A stretch of DNA of 19,617 nt from Amoebidium appalachense (GCA_963693365.1 CAVNZM010000067.1:1-19617), one strand, 5' to 3'; positions 8,638-17,394 are shown, counted from the first letter of the stretch. Made by a program: numbers and translations. The notes: generated from the letters alone by a model not told the origin.

Positions 8638-9919
8638 TTATTGTTTGGTTTCTGCGTCCATCGGATTGGTTTTCGCTTTAAACGGAGCCAATAGCCTCTC
8701 CATATCTTCCGACGAAACTAGCCTGCTGTACAGCACGCCAAGGTCTTGCGTCACCTCGTGCCAATCATAGAACAGGTACCCCATGCGGATGCGCCCGTCC
8801 TTGAACAGCGCGACGTAGTCTGTGTCTCGCACATGTCTGATGGCGACCGTGAGTGCCTCGAGCCTCTGCTTCATTGGAGCTCTGTGTTTTGCTGTCGACC
8901 TTGAATCCGTGTGGGTTGAACCGAATAAACATGGTCGGCACTTCGTGCGCAGATGCCTGGTTGAACATCCGCGCAACCTCACACGTGGTGTCATAAGCAC
9001 GGTGTTGGTCCTCGTCTACCTCTACAACCAGCACAAAAGTCCCAAAGTCGTAGTACAGATCCGGACGAGTGCGCTCTCCACAATCGTTTGGTACTACTTT
9101 GTCGTGGCTGGTGGGGGGGCCTATGAGGCCTGACACATGACGCAAAACCTTGATTTCTGGACGCGCCTCGGACCACTTGGCTCTACATGTGGATTGTGGG
9201 TCACAAGTGGCGCACAGATTTCCCCTCTTCTTCACGTGTGTCAGTGTGCACGCGGCGCAGAAGTAGCTCAGGTCACATAATCGGCAAAATATCTTCCGCT
9301 TCCCATGGTGGCAGAGCGCTGTGCCTCCACAAAACACACACCGCGCTTTTTGTTTTCCATGTTTGCAGTACCTTGTGCCCCCACACGACCTACAGTCAAA
9401 CTTGGTCTTACCATGTTTGCAAATCGCCTTTCCGTTGCATTCTTTACATCGGTCTCTCCGTTTACGATGTGGGCAGAGCGCTGGCCCTCCACAAAGCCCA
9501 CAGTAGACTTTACATTTGCCATGTTTACAAAAGCTCCTCCCACCACACCGTCTGCACCTGGCTTTCGGTTTCCCATGCGGGCACAATCCTGATCCACCGC
9601 ATGACTGGCAGAAGATTTTGCGTGCTCCATGCGGACACAGCTGCGATCCGCCACACCCCTTGCACAGAGGCCTATATCGACCGTGCGGGCACATTTGCTT
9701 CCCGCCGCAAGGTACGCAGATATATTTGCGCCTGCCGTGGGGGCAAAAGGTTGCCCCGTTGCATGCTTTACAAAAACTCCTCTTCTTCTCATGTGGACAC
9801 AGAGCAGATCCTCCACAGGTTTTGCAGTACCCTCTCGGTTTCCCGTGCTCGCATTTTCTGGTCCTAGGGCTGGGTCGGGGCTGCCTTTCGACCATACTGT
9901 CAATGTTAGCAGATGCCAT
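8638..9919 (-). CDS. Cys/His-repeat (11x18 aa, CxH-x6-CxxC) protein fused to a PD-(D/E)XK/Vsr-like endonuclease; one frameshift at 8887-8890
   Basis: The repeats are followed by RPDLYYD...VVEVDEDQH..Y...CE..RM...FIRFNP. The expected family tail (RL..L...I...YLFYD) lies in the 8638..9000 frame and joins at an A4 run. Confidence 0.8.
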
Positions 9920-10329
9920 TCTCGTTCTTAGTGACAGAAAATATTGAAACCTAGCAAGGCATTGGTTGGCCGCGATTAGATGCTAAATATATCTGACAGA
10001 CCTGTATGGACGCGGTTATGAAATTTAAGCGCGTGGGTGGTCTTGAGAATCGCCCCGCATCCAGTGCGTGGACCAGCAACCTGTGCCCGGCAGGGCGTAA
10101 GAGGAGGATTATGGTTTCACTAGGAGAGGTCGCCCACAATTTTTGGGTGAACGTCATGTCAAAACGAAGAGGTCGGTGTGCTGGTGTACAGGTGGTAGGG
10201 GGGGGGAGTATGTAATTTTTATTCCTGGGCCGTACCAGGAGGACTTCACACGAGGGTTTACACACTTTTTATTCCTGGGCCCGACAGTCCGATGAGCCAT
10301 CTCAAAGCACTGGCATGGCATGACCGTAG

Positions 10330-10530
10330 CGCCATTCGATTGGATATCTCGCTAGATTACGCCTCACGCGCTGATTGGTCAGCCGCGATTGGATCGTAAA
10401 TATAAATTCCGATTGGATCATGTGGTTACATCTCATGGTAAGTAAATTTTGATTCCATCAGATAAATCATGTCCATCCAATCAAAACGCGACAGCTGTCA
10501 GCCTTGCCCTGCCTGGCAGGTATAAAATGC
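10330..10530 (+). promoter_or_regulatory. CCAAT cluster and TATA box upstream of 10586
   Basis: GATTGG near 10338, 10373, 10387 and 10411, CCAATC at 10477, TATAAAA at 10521-10527. Confidence 0.65.
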
Positions 10531-10585
10531 CGCGACTCAGCGCTATGCTGACACTTTCCACTCTTCCTGTTTCTCTTCACCAACA

Positions 10586-11062
10586 ATGTCCGGCACACCA
10601 TCTGCAAAGGCCGGCCCTGACCCAGCCGGGCAGCCTGCCAGTCCACGGCCCCCAGGGTCATTTGCCACGTGGCCTCCCGAATGGCAGCAGTACCTGTACG
10701 AGGAGGCAAAGCGTGACCGCTACCGTGCGCGCGCCAGCGAGCGGGAGATGCAGCTCAAGTACAAGTTGCTGCACAAGAAGTACAAGCGCCTCAAGACCAG
10801 CGTGAGCCTGTACCGTATGACATGGAGGAGCCTGAAGAACCTCAGCGACCCCGAGACCTCCGCCGAGGAGTCCCCCACCGAGGAGCGCCCCATTCGCATC
10901 TTGAGCTCCGAGGAGGAGCGCCTCCACAAGAAGCCCCCCGAGAAGAAGCGCGCGCGGTCGCCCGAGGACACTTCGGCGCCCACCGAGAAGAAGCGCGCGC
11001 GGTCGCCCGAGGACACTTCGGCGCCCACCGAGAAGCGCAGCCGTGCTGGACACGAGGAGTAA
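10586..11062 (+). CDS. Small basic helical protein with NLS-like KKRAR repeats (158 aa)
   Basis: ACAATG start and high GC3. A 45-bp tandem duplication encodes EKKRARSPEDTSAPT. AATAAA overlaps the stop (11062-11067). Confidence 0.75.
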   Translation: MSGTPSAKAGPDPAGQPASPRPPGSFATWPPEWQQYLYEEAKRDRYRARASEREMQLKYKLLHKKYKRLKTSVSLYRMTWRSLKNLSDPETSAEESPTEERPIRILSSEEERLHKKPPEKKRARSPEDTSAPTEKKRARSPEDTSAPTEKRSRAGHEE

Positions 11063-11402
11063 ATAAAAATTGCCACTTCCACTTCCACACCTGTGTTGTG
11101 GACCGTAGCGCTTGCATGCATGGTGCTGCTCGTGCTGGCGTGCTGGCACTCAGGGGGGGGGGGGGGGTCTTGTTGTTTGTGTTAATGCACCCACAGCGTG
11201 CCCTTTGTGACACTTGCAGTGGGTTGTTGTTGTTGCCTTTTACAACCACCGCTCTGGACACAAGATCGAACAGCTATCAAATTGACCATATATATGACAA
11301 AGAAAAACAAGGTTGCCAAAGATCATTGTAGCAGTGCGTCCTCCGTCTTGGCGCGCCCTACGTCCCAGCGGTTTTTAGGTTCCATTAGCACTGCGATGCA
11401 TA

Positions 11403-11720
11403 ATGTCTGTGTGTGCTCCCCGAGTTGCTGGGGAGGGGGCGCTCCAAACTATCTCTTCGGAAGGTATGACTTCTCCGAACATTGCAAACCTGAGATTTGA
11501 CAACCCGAGTAACTCGTGGTTGCGCAGGGATGACATTGCCGACGACCCGCACGAGTACCACCTGACCATCGACAACAACACGCGCTTCATGCTCTACATG
11601 GGCACTTCATTGGACGACCATGATGCACAGCTCAAGAGCGCTTCGATGTGGAGGGGCATAGCGCTTGCATGCATGGTGCTGCTCGTGCTGCTGGCCGGCC
11701 TGCTGGTGTACAGGTGGTAG
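11403..11720 (+). CDS. Small protein with a C-terminal transmembrane helix (tail-anchored type); the start may be 11466
   Basis: GIALACMVLLVLLAGLLVY at the extreme C-terminus, GC3 bias. Confidence 0.6.
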   Translation: MSVCAPRVAGEGALQTISSEGMTSPNIANLRFDNPSNSWLRRDDIADDPHEYHLTIDNNTRFMLYMGTSLDDHDAQLKSASMWRGIALACMVLLVLLAGLLVYRW

Positions 11721-11887
11721 GGGGGGGGGGGTGGGGGGGGGGGGGGGGGGGCACTATGATGGATTGTTGTTGAAGCCGTTGAACCGTTGAGGTCCGCGAG
11801 ATCACCCCACACACACACAGCCCGTCACACTTCTATTTTAAACAACCCCCCTTCAACAGCTTCAACAGCTTTAACTCTTCAACAGGG

Positions 11888-11895
11888 TATAAAAG
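11888..11895 (+). promoter_or_regulatory. TATA box TATAAAAG upstream of the helicase
   Basis: GGGTATAAAAG lies ~45 bp before ATG 11937 and has the same context as the TATA at 8139-8149 (minus). Confidence 0.6.
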
Positions 11896-11936
11896 GAACA
11901 TGCATGCTTTTTTTTCTTCAGTCTACTGTAAGCATC

Positions 11937-13388
11937 ATGAGAGCTCCACCATCTTATGATGCATTCGAAGACCTTTCGGTTGACCATAGCATGTTGTTTG
12001 ACCCCCACACATGTGTTCAACGCGCAAATTGGACTTTGGATGAGGTGTTTGCCTTTTTAAGCCCAAACATCGCATATGTCAGCAGGGAAGGTGCCTATCT
12101 GGTCAAGATTTATGACCAGGACACGAACCTGTACAAACACCATCGCAAGACAAAGGCTGCACTCCAAGAGTTTTTGGGAGCCTTTCTATTTCAGCTTGTT
12201 CCGCATGCAAACGGCAAACAGGATACGTACAACGGTGCAAACGTGTTGAAAACACCTTGCTTTCCATACTACACCTGTTTTGTTTTTGACCCGTCATCCC
12301 CAGACCCACGCACTGGAAACACGAAGCCAGCATACCTTGTCCCACGTTGCCGGGCATACAACATGTTCAAGGGATTGGCGCTACCCCACCAACCCGAGAA
12401 CGTTTCTTGGCAGTCAGGTTCTGTCTCCCTGTTCGAACGCCACGCCTTTGAGGTGCTTTGCAACAATGACCGGGAGAGCTTTCATTATCTGATGCAATGG
12501 GTCGCACACATCTTCCAGTATCCTGAAGTCAAGTCTGGCACAGCGATTCTCATGAGATCGATACAGGGAATAGGGAAAAACATCTGGTGGGAGATCATCG
12601 CCAACATCATTGGCAGTTGTTATTGTGGTTATATCACACACAGAGAGCATTTGGAGGGGAAGTTCAACGCGCATCTGGAGAACAAGCTACTGGTTGTGTG
12701 CGACGAAATGGGTCTTGGCAGTAACAGGGAAATTGCGAACCTGATGAAGGCTCGCATCACCCAGCAGGTGAACATGATAGAGCGAAAGGGGCAGGACGCT
12801 GTGTGTGTGAAGAGTTTCGAACGCTATGTCTGGCTTTCAAACGAGAAATGGCCCGTTCGGGTGGAGGAATCGGACCGTCGTTGGGTGTGCTTGCAGGGGA
12901 CCCCAGTGGTCTATCCAAGAGCCTACTACCAGAACTTTACACGGTTTTACGAAGACCCTGCAAACCTACAGGCTGTCTGTGACTACTTCATGAAGATGCC
13001 AAATGTTCCCCGTGTTCTTCCGCTTCCACCCAAGACTGAACTCTGGTGCGAACTGCGTGAAATGACACAGCCAGATGAACTCCTGTTTCTCAAAGATATG
13101 GCTACAGGCGCCGAGGGCATGTCTGTCGAGCAACTTCCCAATGGGGCCCGTGTTACAGCCACCACAATGCTGCATCTGTACAAGGAGTGGCTTTCACTCA
13201 ACGGCAAGACCAAGAGCATCCCGTACGCCAGTGTGAAGAGCATGGGCTCCATGCTCAGCAAGATACTTGGACCCAACAAGGGAGTGCGAAACAACCACCT
13301 GATTGTTGCCCCTGGGATGCCCGCGTTGTCCCCAACCGGAACGTCGTACGCTTTTTTGTTCGACTACGAGAAGATCAAACAGGCTTAG
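11937..13388 (+). CDS. Superfamily-3 (D5/NrS-1-like) helicase, 483 aa, with probable winged-helix C-terminus and no evident primase domain
   Basis: Pre-ATPase YNMFKG...VLCNND...YLMQWVAHIFQYP..KSG, Walker A SIQGIGKN, FN..LENKLLVVCDE (Walker B), IERKGQD, motif C VWLSNE, and SDRRW. Confidence 0.88.
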   Translation: MRAPPSYDAFEDLSVDHSMLFDPHTCVQRANWTLDEVFAFLSPNIAYVSREGAYLVKIYDQDTNLYKHHRKTKAALQEFLGAFLFQLVPHANGKQDTYNGANVLKTPCFPYYTCFVFDPSSPDPRTGNTKPAYLVPRCRAYNMFKGLALPHQPENVSWQSGSVSLFERHAFEVLCNNDRESFHYLMQWVAHIFQYPEVKSGTAILMRSIQGIGKNIWWEIIANIIGSCYCGYITHREHLEGKFNAHLENKLLVVCDEMGLGSNREIANLMKARITQQVNMIERKGQDAVCVKSFERYVWLSNEKWPVRVEESDRRWVCLQGTPVVYPRAYYQNFTRFYEDPANLQAVCDYFMKMPNVPRVLPLPPKTELWCELREMTQPDELLFLKDMATGAEGMSVEQLPNGARVTATTMLHLYKEWLSLNGKTKSIPYASVKSMGSMLSKILGPNKGVRNNHLIVAPGMPALSPTGTSYAFLFDYEKIKQA

Positions 13389-13399
13389 CCATTCCCCAA

Positions 13400-13540
13400 C
13401 GCTGCGCGGGGGCATGGGGGGCTGGGGGTGGCTGGGGGTGGCACACAGGGCATGGGGCCGGGGAGGAAGAGGAGGCACAGTGGTCTCACGGGCAGCACGA
13501 GGCAGGCGAGCCACGCATGCCCCTCACAGCCCCTCAGGAA
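13400..13540. repeat. GC-rich quasi-palindromic intergenic repeat, copy 1
   Basis: GGGGCATG (13409-13416) pairs with CATGCCCC (13516-13523). The 20-mer AGGCACAGTGGTCTCACGGG at 13473 is identical to 17433. Confidence 0.7.
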
Positions 13541-13613
13541 CCAACAGATGCTAGCTATAGGGGGGGGGGTACTTAAGCAGACCCGGGTTCATTTTCTCCC
13601 CATTCTTTCTACA

Positions 13614-14114
13614 ATGGACAACATGGACGATCTATACATGCAGATCGCCGCGGACATGTCCGAGAACGAGCAGCGCAAACTGGCGACATACGAAGAGTTT
13701 GAGCGGACAACAGGCACGCGCAACAACTGGTTGGACGCAGACATTGTCGAGAATTACGAGTGGACCGAGGAGCAGATCCACACGTTCTGTCGTACACTAG
13801 TGGCTTATTCCCGCCCGGACGGTGTGTACCTCTTCAAGCGTTTCAAGGATGGGAGATTCGTCCATGAGGTCAAGTCCAAGAAGAAGGTGGCCGACATGCT
13901 GTCCAAGTACAAGTTCAAATACAACCCGACGGGCAAAAAGGTGGAAACATACAAGGGCTCATGGCATCTGGACAGCAGCCAAATGGTCGTCTACGACGGT
14001 GGTATTGTTTTCGACCCCAGCGACCCCGACCCCAAGACCCGTGTCCGTAACCAGCGATACACGTCTACCCACAGCCGTACGTTCAACACTGCGGGGGCGC
14101 CTGGGGGGCCCTGA
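13614..14114 (+). CDS. Stand-alone paralog of the helicase N-terminal domain (166 aa)
   Basis: WTEEQIHTFCRTLVAYSRPDGVYLFK matches WTLDEVFAFLSPNIAYVSREGAYLVK, VFDPSDPDPKT matches VFDPSSPDPRT, and RTFN matches RAYN. ACAATGG start. Confidence 0.75.
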   Translation: MDNMDDLYMQIAADMSENEQRKLATYEEFERTTGTRNNWLDADIVENYEWTEEQIHTFCRTLVAYSRPDGVYLFKRFKDGRFVHEVKSKKKVADMLSKYKFKYNPTGKKVETYKGSWHLDSSQMVVYDGGIVFDPSDPDPKTRVRNQRYTSTHSRTFNTAGAPGGP

Positions 14115-14190
14115 GGGGCATGCGAGGCACGCGAGGCCCGCGAGGCACGTGTGCCACGGGAGCCACCCACAGCCCCTCAAGCCCTCACTG
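14091..14190. repeat. GC-rich quasi-palindromic intergenic repeat, copy 2
   Basis: TGAGGGGC (14112-14119) pairs with GCCCCTCA (14172-14179). Internal (GCGAGGC[A/C]C)x3. Confidence 0.75.
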
Positions 14191-14244
14191 GTATGCACAG
14201 CATCGGGTGTCGTGGCTTGTATATTTTTTCTAGCGCCAACTACA

Positions 14245-14940
14245 ATGGCTAGCACGCTGTGTGACGAAGGTTTGGTGAGGGACCGACTTATGCGACTGGA
14301 GGGTGGGAAGAGCGAGGTGCATACTCCCGCCGGTAGGATCGACCTGCTGACGGACACAGAAGTCATTGAAGTAAAGAAGGTTCAACGTTGGAAATCGGCA
14401 ATGGGGCAGGTGCTTGCATACACAGATTACTACCCCACCCACCGTGCACGAGTCCATCTATATGGCTACGCCCCCGCCAACACATACAAGGTAGCTGTGG
14501 AAACCATGATGCGCCATAACATTACCGTCACCACCGAGCATGATACACTGCAGCATATGTGGGGTCCACTCGCCAAAGCAGAAACTGCAAAACCCAAGAA
14601 TGCCCAGCAGAAACAAGCCGAACAGCAATTTTTAAAAGATTTGGTCTCTCATACCAATGGATGTGAGGACATGACTTTCATAAAGGATGACTGCCGCGTG
14701 ACTTCATCTGACCTGTACCAACTATACCTTTCGTGGCATAAACGGAATACTTCTAACACAGCTACTCCAAGTTTGAAAATCTTTGGCGTAAACCTCAGGA
14801 AGATTCTGGGAAAACCTATCGGCGTCAAAGCAAAAAGGGTGACGCGCTGGCCAGACCACCCACGTGTGTCTGAAACAAACAATGTTCTGTATTGCTACAG
14901 GATCGACAGCCAGGTCATTAACAGCCAGGAGCAGTCGTGA
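14245..14940 (+). CDS. PD-(D/E)XK nuclease fused to a helicase-type C-terminal (winged-helix-like) domain, 231 aa
   Basis: N-terminus EVHTPAGRIDLLT..EVIEVK....WKSAMGQVLAY. The C-terminal EQQFLKDL, RVTSSDLYQLYLSW and SLKIFGVNLRKILG match helicase ELLFLKDM, RVTATTMLHLYKEW and SVKSMGSMLSKILG. Confidence 0.8.
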   Translation: MASTLCDEGLVRDRLMRLEGGKSEVHTPAGRIDLLTDTEVIEVKKVQRWKSAMGQVLAYTDYYPTHRARVHLYGYAPANTYKVAVETMMRHNITVTTEHDTLQHMWGPLAKAETAKPKNAQQKQAEQQFLKDLVSHTNGCEDMTFIKDDCRVTSSDLYQLYLSWHKRNTSNTATPSLKIFGVNLRKILGKPIGVKAKRVTRWPDHPRVSETNNVLYCYRIDSQVINSQEQS

Positions 14941-14972
14941 TGGAATTTATTTTCTCCCACTTCTGTAACACA

Positions 14973-15218
14973 ATGTTCCTGTGCACGTGCCGGTCTGACC
15001 GAGGCGCTGTCATGGTCAAGGAGTATAAGGTGTATCGGTGCACAGTCGACGGCTGCAGCTATTTCACCACCCGCAACAGCAACTTTGCCGCGCACAGCGA
15101 CAAGCACACAGGCGCCCTGCGACACGTGTGCACGCATGCAGGGTGCGGGCGGCAGTTTCGGTATGCTCTGAGCCTCAAGCGGCACACCGCCAAGCACCAG
15201 AGCCCAACCCAAACCTAG
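14973..15218 (+). CDS. Two-finger C2H2 zinc-finger protein (alternative start 14940)
   Basis: YRCTVDGC...F..H...HTGALRHVCTHAGCGRQF.....LKRH...H, with a Kruppel-like HTG linker. ACAATG at 14973. Confidence 0.8.
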   Translation: MFLCTCRSDRGAVMVKEYKVYRCTVDGCSYFTTRNSNFAAHSDKHTGALRHVCTHAGCGRQFRYALSLKRHTAKHQSPTQT

Positions 15219-15305
15219 CGCCCAGGCCCGCGAGGCCCGCGAGGCACGCGAGGCACGTGCGCCACAGGAGCCCCCCCAGGCCCCCAGGCCCCCAGGCCCC
15301 AGCCC
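15219..15305. repeat. GC-rich intergenic repeat, copy 3, between convergent genes
   Basis: GCGAGGCCCGCGAGGCACGCGAGGCACGTGCGCCACAGGAGCCCC, followed by CCCCAGG repeats. Confidence 0.7.
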
Positions 15306-15352
15306 GGATGGGTGACCGAGGACGACAGATATGGACCCGACTCGGGGTGGGT

Positions 15353-16228
15353 TTATTGACGCGCCGCGGCGGCCCAGGCAGCAAACGCCGTGCGGCCATC
15401 CGCAAGCGCCTGCGCGACCTTCCCGGGGTCGACGTCCATGGGCGACGCAAACAGCCTCCGCTCTGGAGCGACCACCACGAGGCGGTCTCCGAGGCGGGTG
15501 CGGAGGTTGGCGAACTCGGTGGCCGCTAGCTCGGTGCCCGAGTCACGCTGCAGAGCATAGCAGAGCTCCATGCCCGTTTTTGGCACGGATTCTGCGGGGC
15601 AGTGCGCCAGCGAGTCGCACAGCACCGTGACGTAGATGCCGTCGAACCCATCTGCGGCATCCTCGAGTGCCTTGGTGAGGGGCACCAGCTCAGAGACCCC
15701 GCCGTCCAGAAACACGGTGCCGTCGTACTCGACGGGGGGGACCGCGAGTGGAAGGGCCGAAGACGCGCGCATGCCGACCTGGTACTCGGGCCCTGTGAAC
15801 CACCGCTCCTTCTTGTTGAGGAAGTCCCAGGCGACGCAGTGGCAGCGCGTGTAGATGTCCGCGTCGATGCCCTCCAGAAGCGCCGCCGCACGCTCCTGCA
15901 GGGTGAAGCGGCTGTACGCCGCCCCGTACAGCATTGACCCCACAACCGTCCTCCAGCTTTTCGGAAGCAGCGCCATTGCGCCGCCCCACGGTTCCACAAT
16001 GTCCTCCACGCACTTCAGCGTCCCCAGCTCGCGCGCCAGGTCGTCCAGGCGGTCGGCAACCACGAACGGCGCCACCAGCGCGCCGACGGACGTGCCGTAC
16101 ACCCTGTCGACCTGGTACAGCCCCGACGCGAGCATCCCCTGCATGAACCCGACTTGGAAGCAGCCCTTGACGCCGCCCCCGGGCAGCAGGATCCGCACAC
16201 GTGTCCTGGCTTGGGAGGGTGTGTCCAT
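15353..16228 (-). CDS. Patatin-like phospholipase
   Basis: GGGVKG oxyanion loop, GTSVG nucleophile, ASSALP and FLDGG catalytic Asp. AACATGG start; AATAAA overlaps the stop. Confidence 0.93.
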   Translation of the reverse strand: MDTPSQARTRVRILLPGGGVKGCFQVGFMQGMLASGLYQVDRVYGTSVGALVAPFVVADRLDDLARELGTLKCVEDIVEPWGGAMALLPKSWRTVVGSMLYGAAYSRFTLQERAAALLEGIDADIYTRCHCVAWDFLNKKERWFTGPEYQVGMRASSALPLAVPPVEYDGTVFLDGGVSELVPLTKALEDAADGFDGIYVTVLCDSLAHCPAESVPKTGMELCYALQRDSGTELAATEFANLRTRLGDRLVVVAPERRLFASPMDVDPGKVAQALADGRTAFAAWAAAARQ

Positions 16229-16260
16229 GTTGATGTAGGGCGCGATAAAAGTCGACGGCT

Positions 16261-17058
16261 TCATTCCAAATCCAGGGCGTTGCACACCGAGACCAGGTTT
16301 GCCCTTGCGCAGTCCAGCACGAAGGCCGCCAGCTCGGAGTAGTCGTGGGGGGGCGGCTGGCTCTGCGCGGCCAGCAGCAGCGAGTGGTAGCGCTCGCGGG
16401 AGCTGCGGTCTGTGTACAACGAGAGAGGAACGGCAATATAGGGCGAGAGCAGCACGCTGACCAACAGACGGGCGACGCGCCCGTTGCCGGTGCTGAACGG
16501 GTGGATGTAGAGGAACTCCCCGAGGAAACGGGCGGTGACCTGTATGGCACCGAGAACGTCATTGCAGCCTTGGAGTTCGGTGCGTGTCCTTTCGAACAGA
16601 CGCTTGAGAGCCTCTTCGATCTTGAACGGTGCAAGGTACTGATGACTGCAGCCTGCGGGAAGCGCAAAGCGCACCCGATACCGTCCAGCGCTATCGAGCA
16701 GCCCGTCCATGACCTTGCGATGGACCTCCCTAGCGAGCTCCACCGTAAACGTGCCCGGATCAATCCCCTTCCAAACCCACGGTGTGGGGAACAGCTCGCG
16801 AACTGCTATAACGACGTTTTTCAGTTTCTTCGATGAGCGCGTGTGTTCGGACGTTTCATCGGGGCAGGAGATCAGCCTCTCAATATGTTCGACTGGGACC
16901 TTTTCGTTTATTTCCAATTCCATCAGGTGCTTGATGTATAACACTAGGTGGTGCGTTGTGTATCCCTGCATGAACAAAGCGCTGCTCTTATCGTTATCCA
17001 AAAACGTGCGCACCAGGTGGAGGCAGCGCACAACCGCCCCTTCGCTGAGTTGAGACAT
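16261..17058 (-). CDS. Fic/Fido domain protein
   Basis: FLYIHPFSTGNGRVARLL, with upstream REVHRKVM....AGRYR. Start placed at the first ATG (MSQLSE), which is uncertain. Confidence 0.9.
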   Translation of the reverse strand: MSQLSEGAVVRCLHLVRTFLDNDKSSALFMQGYTTHHLVLYIKHLMELEINEKVPVEHIERLISCPDETSEHTRSSKKLKNVVIAVRELFPTPWVWKGIDPGTFTVELAREVHRKVMDGLLDSAGRYRVRFALPAGCSHQYLAPFKIEEALKRLFERTRTELQGCNDVLGAIQVTARFLGEFLYIHPFSTGNGRVARLLVSVLLSPYIAVPLSLYTDRSSRERYHSLLLAAQSQPPPHDYSELAAFVLDCARANLVSVCNALDLE

Positions 17059-17213
17059 CACGGTGTTGAACCGACAGATAAAGTACCACAAACTATCAAA
17101 ATCGACCTTTACGTCACACGGCAACAACCCGGCCCATATCCACCTGCGCGTTCACCACCCTGTTCTCCTGCCCCCGCCCCCTACCCAGTCCACCGATTTC
17201 TCCACAAACCAGA

Positions 17214-17355
17214 GAGAACACGGCAGTGCCCATGAACGTTTGGCCCGCATTTTGCTAGAGAACAGCATCGCCGGTCCCCCCCATGTCTCCCGGAACCCAA
17301 GAGAACACCATGGCATCCCCAACCATGTCTCCCGGATCCTTGGAGAACAGGTGCC
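17214..17355. repeat. Degenerate ~43-bp tandem repeat, about four copies
   Basis: GAGAACA at 17214, 17258, 17301 and 17343. CCATGTCTCCCGGA occurs twice. Confidence 0.65.
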
Positions 17356-17394
17356 GGGGGTGGACCCTGTTCGCCGATTGCTTTTTCCTAGGAG

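Noticed and set aside
13822-14244. N-terminal extension of the 372-aa ORF
   Set aside because: It overlaps 13614..14114 out of frame and runs through the GC repeat. ACAATGG at 14245 is the better start.
15526-17053. Long overlapping ORFs (e.g. 15690..16763, 16345..16836)
   Set aside because: They are GC-rich shadow frames of the patatin and Fic genes.
17059-17250. In-frame upstream extension of Fic through a TGA (readthrough or recoding)
   Set aside because: The upstream sequence is degenerate repeat and G-rich, other genes use TGA as a stop, and nothing supports recoding.
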